In this document: piece after piece, positions 63,626 to 64,000 of the stretch
Position numbering within the stretch: the stretch's first letter is position 1
Layout: every line of letters begins with the position of its first letter
DNA from: Podarcis liolepis
Lineage: Eukaryota
Strand: one strand, 5' to 3'
Assembly: GCA_965112155.1 (NCBI GenBank)
Contig: OZ218113.1
DNA: 64,000 nucleotides
Translations under genes and position numbers: made by a program
The notes under the pieces: model-generated
What the model saw: only the letters and a program-made list of their open reading frames with translations
Told to the model about the DNA's origin: nothing
Databases searched by the model: none

Positions 63626-64000
63626 GTCTAATCCTCTTTTAAAGTCATCTGAGGTGGTGGCCATTGCTACATTTTGCAGTAGTGAATTTTATATGCATCC
63701 TGTTACTTCCCTTTTGTCTGGCCTGAATCTCCCAACATTCAGTTTCATTGAAAGACCCTAGATGAAAGTGTTGGACTACAATTCCCATCATCCCTGACCA
63801 CTGGCTAAACTGACAGTGGATGATGAAAGTTGTAGTCCAACAGTGCTTGGAGGCCCAAGGATGAAGAACTCTTTCCTTGTGTATAAATATATTTGGTGGT
63901 GGTGGGGAATCCCTTATATAATTTGCTTCATTTATAAAGGTGGCTCCAAATATCAAAACCTAAGGTTCCAACAAAATCCCCAGCTCAACATTTCAAAAGT

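Larger units (their letters stand above)
62511..63690 (-). mobile_element. CR1 LINE 3' end split by the hAT insertion at 62739-63625
   Basis: gtagccattgatagccctatccttcatgaattt|gtctaatc|ctcttttaaagtcatc is the antisense of D.FKRGLDKFMKDRAINGY*, continuous across the insertion. Confidence 0.85.

Overview
Non-coding vertebrate genomic DNA, most likely from a lacertid lizard. That assignment is inferred from two Sauria SINEs together with BovB, squamate-type CR1 and L2 LINEs and abundant hAT and Tc1/mariner-type MITEs. I cannot support any intact host protein-coding gene. The ORF track is noise, decayed LINE reverse-transcriptase fragments or GC-rich open frames. The window looks intronic or intergenic: dense, often nested transposon remnants, a few repeat-free enhancer-like blocks, and two N-gaps (26835-26972, 42450-42590). 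Best candidate for something undescribed: an 887-bp non-autonomous hAT element (62739-63625) with perfect TIRs and a perfect 8-bp TSD. Its interior is an undecayed CpG island resembling a captured host promoter, first exon and splice donor (a Pack-type hAT). Three smaller hAT MITEs also have CpG-rich interiors. Second candidate: a Penelope-like inverted pseudo-LTR with a minimal hammerhead ribozyme core, in a three-level CR1 > Penelope > SINE nest (41390-42449). All family names come from pattern recognition, not database searches.
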